A program made the translations under genes and the position numbers. Under the pieces are notes generated by a model. That model was not told where the DNA came from. It saw nothing but the letters and a program-made list of their open reading frames with translations, and searched no databases. A stretch of DNA of 54,330 nt from Hyphochytrium catenoides (Eukaryota; Protista; Hyphochytriomycota): contig FLMG01001776.1 of the NCBI GenBank assembly GCA_900088475.1, forward strand, positions 1 to 54,330, given 5' to 3'. Positions 49,023 through 54,330 of this stretch are shown here, in pieces. The first letter of the stretch is position 1, and every line of letters starts with the position of its first letter.

Positions 49023-51671
49023 GACACTCATGCCGTTTGTCTCCGTCCGTGCCTTCTACCTGTAACCCACACAGAGCGTTTCCTGGCCCTGACTGCTCCA
49101 GGACAAGCATGAGATCTTGAAAAAAGAAGAGAGAAGAGGAAAGAAGGTGAGTGCCACGTAAACAGAGGAAGACGACAAGGAAAACGACAGCCTATGTCTG
49201 AGAGAGAGAGAGAGCTCCAAAAAAGAGAAAGAAACGGGAGAGAACAAAGGAGAGAGATAACAAGAGAAAATACTCAAGGAAACCAGAGGCTAATGCTGGG
49301 TCGGAACCTGTTGAACTTTCTCTCTTCCTTTGTCTCTCTCACCTTGCCCAGCCGTCGGCTGAAGATTTCCTTAATTTCTCTTCCTTGTTCTCTTGCCAAA
49401 GGATTGCAGACGAGAACGCTGCCAGGCCGGGGAAGCGGGAGAGAAAATAATAAGCAGAGGAGAAAGACAGGAGAAGATTGTTGAGGAGAGACAAGGCAAG
49501 ATTTTATAATGAGTTAGAGGTAAAAATCGAGAAAGTTTTAGGGAGAGAATGCACAGAAGTAGGACATCTGGAGAAGAGAGAGAGAGAGAGAGAGAGAAGC
49601 ACTCTCTCATGGGTTGGAGAGGCCAAGAGAGAAAATCCCAAATGGGATCAGAGCCGTTTGGATGACAGTGGGGGTGTCAGGTAAAAGCGCAGGAGAGAGG
49701 GACGGGGGAAGAGAGAAAGAAGAAAAAGAAAGGAGAGAGAGAGAGAGAGAGTGGAAGGAAGGCTTAAGCGACAGACAGAGATGGAGATGGAGATGAAAAG
49801 ACAAAGAGAGGGAGAGAGGCGGCAGAATCAGGAGCAACCCTTGAGAGAACCTCGAAGGTATTCCAGAGAGAGAACCTCGAAGGTATTCCAGAGAGAGAAA
49901 AAGAGATTGCGAACAAGAGGGTAACAGCTTCCAATGGGAGAGAGAGAGAGGGAGAGAGAGAGAGAGAAAAGAGAGAGAGAGAGAGAGAAAAGAGAGAGAG
50001 AGAGAGAGAGAGCGACGGAGAGAGAGAGAGAGAGAAAGAGAGAAACAAGAGAGAGAGAGAGAGCGAACGCGAGCGAGCGAGCGAGAGCTAGAGCGAGAGA
50101 GAGAGCGAGAGAGAGAGAGAGTGAGACAGACGGAGAGAGAGAGAAAGAGACAAAGAGAGAAAGACGGAGAGAGAGAGAAAGAGACAAAGAGAGAGAGAAG
50201 AAAGCCAGGTAAGAATTCAAACCTTCCGTTGTCAAGAGCAAGAGCCAGACTGTCTCCTGGCTGGTTCCACTCGATGAGAAGCGCTGGATTCTGCAACCTC
50301 TGCAGCTCTGGCGCCTCAACGTCTGTGCCTTCTCTCTCTTCTCCACCCAGCCGCCAGGTCCGTAACTCCCCATCAACCTGAGGAAAGAGCAGTGGCAGAG
50401 AGAAAGAGCCAAAGGGTCAAGCTTATCGCACAAGGAAAGACGTCAGCCCAAGGAAGAGGAAAGACATCAACCCAAGGAAGAGGAAAGACATCAGCCCAAG
50501 GGAAGAGGAAAGACATCAGCCCAAGGGAAGAGGAAAGAGTTCTAAGCGTCCTGTGGGAGAAAGAGCGGTTAATTCTACTCAAGGAGAGAGCGTGGCGAGA
50601 AAGAGAGTGAGATAGCACAGAGAGAGAAAGAGAGAGAGAGAGAGAGAAGAACAGAGAGAAAGAGAGAGAGAGAAAGAGAGAGAAATGAAAGAGAGAGAAA
50701 AAAAGAGAGAAAAAGAGAAAAAAAAGAGCGAGAGCGAGAGAGAAGCGGGAGAGAGGACTGAGAGGAAAGGCAAGCGAGAGGAGGCAACGCCAATTCTCTT
50801 TCTCTCCAGAAAGAGGTGGAAGAAAGAAGAGAGCAACAACTTACATGACTCGTAGTAAGCACATCTCCATGCAGAGAAGAGGACGCAAGAGAAAGACCCA
50901 GAATGTTCCTATTTCTCCCTGATGAGAGGGCAGAACAGCCAACATTACCAGGAGCGGCACAGGAGACGGAGACAAGAGAGAAGGAAAGGCATAGAGAGTC
51001 TATGATGTGGAGCTGTTCAGAATTGAGAAGAGAGATTTGGAGGAGGTGCGAAAGAGAAATAGAGGAGAGAGAAAAGAGAAAGAGACAGGGAACCTTGTCA
51101 CGGAGAATGTATGAAGAGAGAGAATATGAGAGTGTAAGTCAGAGTCGAAAGTCTGCCTAGCACAAGGAGCCATGTCCTAGTCCATGACGAGATAAGAGGC
51201 GCCCCGAGATAGCAAGTCTCTCTCTCTCTCTCTCTTCTTCTTCTTCCTCTTCTTCTTCTGCTTTCCACTCTCTCTTTCTACCTTCACTCTCTCTTTCTTG
51301 TTTTCTTTCCCCCTCTACTCCTTCTCCGTGTCTTTCTCTTTTGCTGTCTCCATACCTCCAATAATCCGAAAGAGAGAGAAGTCCTTCAGCCGATAAACGT
51401 AGACAGAGAGAGAGGAACAATAGGCAAAGTAGCGGCTGTTGGCGTCTATCACCCGGGCGTTCCACTCCTGGCAGCCTGCAGGGAAGAGAGCTCGAGGAGA
51501 GAGACGTGGGGAAGGAGGAGAGAGAGGAGGAAGCGAAGGAAGAAGAGCAGGCGGAACTTCCTCCTTTTCTTCTTCCTCTTTTTCCTGGCGTCTTTCTCTC
51601 CCTTCTTCTTGGTTGGCACCGCCGCGTTCACCTTTTTCTTCTCCATGGTGACGCAAAGTCTGCAGGTACAT
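37551..51671 (-). CDS. WDR17: WD repeat-containing protein 17 orthologue, many exons; start codon uncertain
   Basis: N-terminal ALFPAGCQEWNARVIDANSRYFAYCSSLSVYVY. WD repeats: KWDSLSSSHLL, GVLRLWNVSQKHPL, HQETIFHAAFKPSSPDIIASAAFDARLKLW, LLSGSWDSTIRLWD, HQADVYSLSCHPLRPFDFVSTSRDTTMRFWSL. Also WEHAISIAPSVSLAFWK. Diagnostic C-terminus GSNLPPSH...SLISGGKIQGEPFYLDGKEAAISQSEAVMLADVFPFSPTCSGVRVNPF* (TAA at 37551-37553). Start could be the ATG at 51671 or lie in further upstream exons. Confidence 0.92.
49843..49894. repeat. Perfect 25-bp tandem duplication (GAGAGAACCTCGAAGGTATTCCAGA x2)
   Basis: Directly visible in a WDR17 intron. Confidence 0.85.
50429..50538. repeat. Intronic minisatellite, 24-25 bp unit (GGAAAGACATCAGCCCAAG[G]GAAGA), about 4.5 copies
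   Basis: Head-to-tail copies with few substitutions and no spacers, inside a WDR17 intron. Confidence 0.9.
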
Positions 51672-51746
51672 TGTAGCGGAAGGAGGAACGAGTAAGAACA
51701 AGTTGAATGATAGATGGGTGGAAAGACGGGATAGGGGTCAGAGAGA

Positions 51747-51830
<84 letters not shown>

Positions 51831-52414
51831 GGAGGGAGAGGGAGAGAGAGGGGGAGATTGAGAGGGAGAGAGGGAGGGGAAGAAAGACAGAGACAGGGAG
51901 AGAGAGCGAGACAGTGAGAGAAAGAGTACGAGAGGCAGGAAGAAGAAGAAGAGAGACTGGAGGAGCGTGAATGAGGGAAAGGGTGGGGGGGGACCAAGCA
52001 GCGCAAGAAGATGACGAGGTCCCCTGGTCAGACGGAAGAGCAACGTGAGGAGAGTTACCTTCCGTGGCTCAAACTATGAAGAAAGAAAGACGGACATACG
52101 CTCACTCAGGGCCTAGGTCATAAGAGAAGAGCCAACACAAGCTAGGGGAGCTAAGAAGTGCAGTCAAGCAGGAAGCTCTGTCAGCGACTGGAGCTTCGGC
52201 AATACTAAGAAGAGTAATCCGTAAAGATGAGATAGAAGGGACTTCAGACAACAGGTTGGAAAAGTCTCTCTCTCTCTCTCTCTCTTTTCCTTTCATCCGC
52301 CGGTCTTCCTTTCTGTCTCGAAAACTGCTAAGAGACAAGGAGAGAGGAAAAAGAAAAGAAAGAAGAGAGAGAAGAGAAACGTAAGGGGAACAGAGAGGGA
52401 GAGAGAGCGCGCGA

Positions 52415-52490
<76 letters not shown>

Positions 52491-53826
52491 TGATGGACGT
52501 CTTGGCCTAGTGACGTTATTGAAGGACAGCGGAGGAGCAGGCCTCACACCTCTTCAATCCTTGTCGTTACCGGCCACCTTGTTGGCTAAACTCTTGACTT
52601 CAAGTAAAAAAGAAGTTGTCAATTATGTAAATTAAGATCTAATGTGCCTGCTTTATTAACTGCTGGCAGTTCCGTCCCCATTCTACGCCCCTCTTTTTGG
52701 CTGTAAATGTTGGAGCATTATGTGGAGGTGTGTCAATTATTCGTGAATTATCCTTCGCCTTCAAAATGTTGAGGCAAAATCTTAGCAGCAACAGGAAGAA
52801 GAGACGCATGTCATCAGTCGTTGTTGTAGGCCTTTCGGTGCTGCTTCTTCCTCTTCTCCTTCTGTTTTTGAATGTGATCTTTCCTCGTGAGGTCAACCAT
52901 CTCTCTACATCCATTATAGGACAGAGGGAGGTGAGAGGCTTTGGAGCGGAGAGAGGAGAAGGAGAAAAGAGGAGAAGAAGGCAACTCCTCCTACAAACAG
53001 TAGGCATAAGATGATGAACAACCCGTCATGAAAAGTGAAGGGGCAAAGGAAGAGAAGAATTGAAGGAACGCGAGCAGGCGGGCGTTGTGGTCCCTGCCGG
53101 CGGCGCAGGAGGGAAATAACGCGAAGCAGAAGAGATATTGATGGACGATAAGGCACTTTGAATGGACTGGATGATAACGAACAGGGAAGAAGAGGAATAG
53201 GAGTGTGGCCACCAGCAGGCAGCGCTCGCCAGTTTATGTAGGTGCGATGGGAGAAGAGGATAATACGAATAGGAAGAAGAAGGCTGCTTTAGATGATAGT
53301 GGAGCACCATGCAGACGACAGGAACAAAAGAGTAGTTAACAAGCAGGGCGTAGAAGTAACAAAAAACGAAGAAGATAAGAGAGGCAGGCTGCTCCTTTTG
53401 GTGATCGACTGACTGGGAAGAAGAAGGAGAAGGAATAACACTGACAATAGCAGACAGAGGAGAATGTGGAGGAGGAGACTGGCCAGCGGCACTAGCAGCC
53501 AGAGGAGCAACGCTTGAAAAGTTTCTTTTTTCATTGTTAACTAAAAAGGGTGGTCATGATGTTGTAATACCTACTAACTTGTGATGATGATAGCTGCGAC
53601 TGCCTGCTCCCGCCATCATCCACTGTCGCCGCCCCTGACGGTGCTGCTGCTGCCTGCTGTTAGTTGCCTGCTGCTGCTGAAAGAAGACGTAGTCCGCTCC
53701 CCGCCTCCTGGGATTCTTCGTCATCATCTACGACGACGAAGTCATCAGTCAACCACCAGAAGCCATAGAAATGTACAGTACAAGTAGCAGTAGTTGGGCT
53801 GATGGCTAACCAAACTTCAACCATAG

Positions 53827-53838
53827 AGCCGCTAACGA
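53827..53838 (+). promoter_or_regulatory. Recurrent 12-bp motif AGCCGCTAACGA (copy 3), upstream of WDR17 and/or of a gene beyond the window end
   Basis: Exact match. It overlaps AACCATAGAG (53819-53828), which also occurs at 4310-4319 near copy 1. A related CGCTAACGGCT follows at ~53852. Confidence 0.5.
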
Positions 53839-54330
53839 TAGCGTTTTGATTCGCTAACGGCTAGGAGAAGCACCAACATACGGAAGCACATTCATTCTTC
53901 GCTCCATCTGATCCTTAGCCGCGCTAAGTCCTGTTTGGCCTGGATTAGAGCTATAGCTACCTGAAGATTAGCCGACCGCAGCAGTTTGTGCTTCCACTTT
54001 TCTCTGTGCTGGGGGGATCACACACAGTTGTTCTCTCTTTTCCTCTCCTCTCTCTCTCTCTCTCTCTCTCTCNNNNNNNNNNNNNNNNNNNNNNNCTCTC
54101 TCTCTCTCTCTCTTTTTCTCTCTCACACACACAACTCTCCTCTCTTCTCTCTCTTTCCCTCTCTCTCTCTCTCCCCTCTGTTCTTTGTCTCTCTCTCTCT
54201 CTCCTTCGCTTCGAGAGGACCTGCTTCTCTATTTCCTCCCCATTTGTCCTAACATTCGTTTCCGCTCTTCCGCCCAGTTCTTTGTGAAGTTGATGGTTAT
54301 GTTCTGTCGGACTAAGCTATAACTGGGGCT

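Larger units (their letters stand above)
1..54330. repeat. Pervasive (GA)n/(TC)n microsatellite tracts in introns and UTR-proximal DNA; many N gaps sit in or next to them
   Basis: Dozens of pure or degenerate GA/TC runs, e.g. 1214-1256, 1697-1753, 16300-16361, 42844-42889, 51740-51830. (TC)n predominates on the sense strand of each gene. Confidence 0.97.

Noticed and set aside
50429-50538. 24-25 bp repeats resembling a CRISPR array
   Set aside because: Head-to-tail with no unique spacers, inside a eukaryotic intron, and no cas genes: a minisatellite.
53581-53640. C/D-box-like GTGATGA...CTGA
   Set aside because: No terminal stem or recognisable rRNA antisense element, and the motif sits in low-complexity triplet sequence.
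1-54330. Numerous poly-(Leu-Ser) and poly-(Arg-Glu) ORFs in the ORF track
   Set aside because: They are translations of (TC)n/(GA)n microsatellites in introns and N gaps, which lack stop codons.

Overview
Eukaryotic (protist-like) nuclear DNA from a gapped draft assembly. It is intron-rich and saturated with (GA)n/(TC)n microsatellites, so most ORFs in the six-frame track (poly-LS, poly-RE) are artefacts. Manual exon stitching across GT-AG (and a few GC-AG) introns, with the standard genetic code, supports seven genes. (1) A GFA/CENP-V-like Cys-rich protein with an N-terminal hydrophobic anchor (-, runs off the window start). (2) An SPX-EXS phosphate exporter of the XPR1/SYG1/PHO1 family (+). 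(3) 3-hydroxyacyl-CoA dehydrogenase (+). (4) A large multidomain protein: MGxxxS myristoylation motif, degenerate EF-hand, PH domain, hydrophobic hairpin and EDR2-C/DUF1336 domain (+). (5) A VTT/DedA (TMEM64/Tvp38-like) membrane protein (+). (6) An LSM11-like U7 snRNP protein with an extra N-terminal helical domain (-). (7) WDR17 (-). A lower-confidence eighth gene (-, about 27.5-30.3 kb) carries an OTU/vertnin-like domain with Arg at the catalytic Cys position. The most notable observations are the domain architecture of gene 4, a protist LSM11 fusion, many introns with a 5' (GA)n tract and a complementary 3' (TC)n tract, and an exact 12-bp motif (AGCCGCTAACGA) recurring in three intergenic, promoter-like regions. 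No prokaryotic-type system (CRISPR, operon) is visible. Family assignments come from motif recognition by eye, not database searches.
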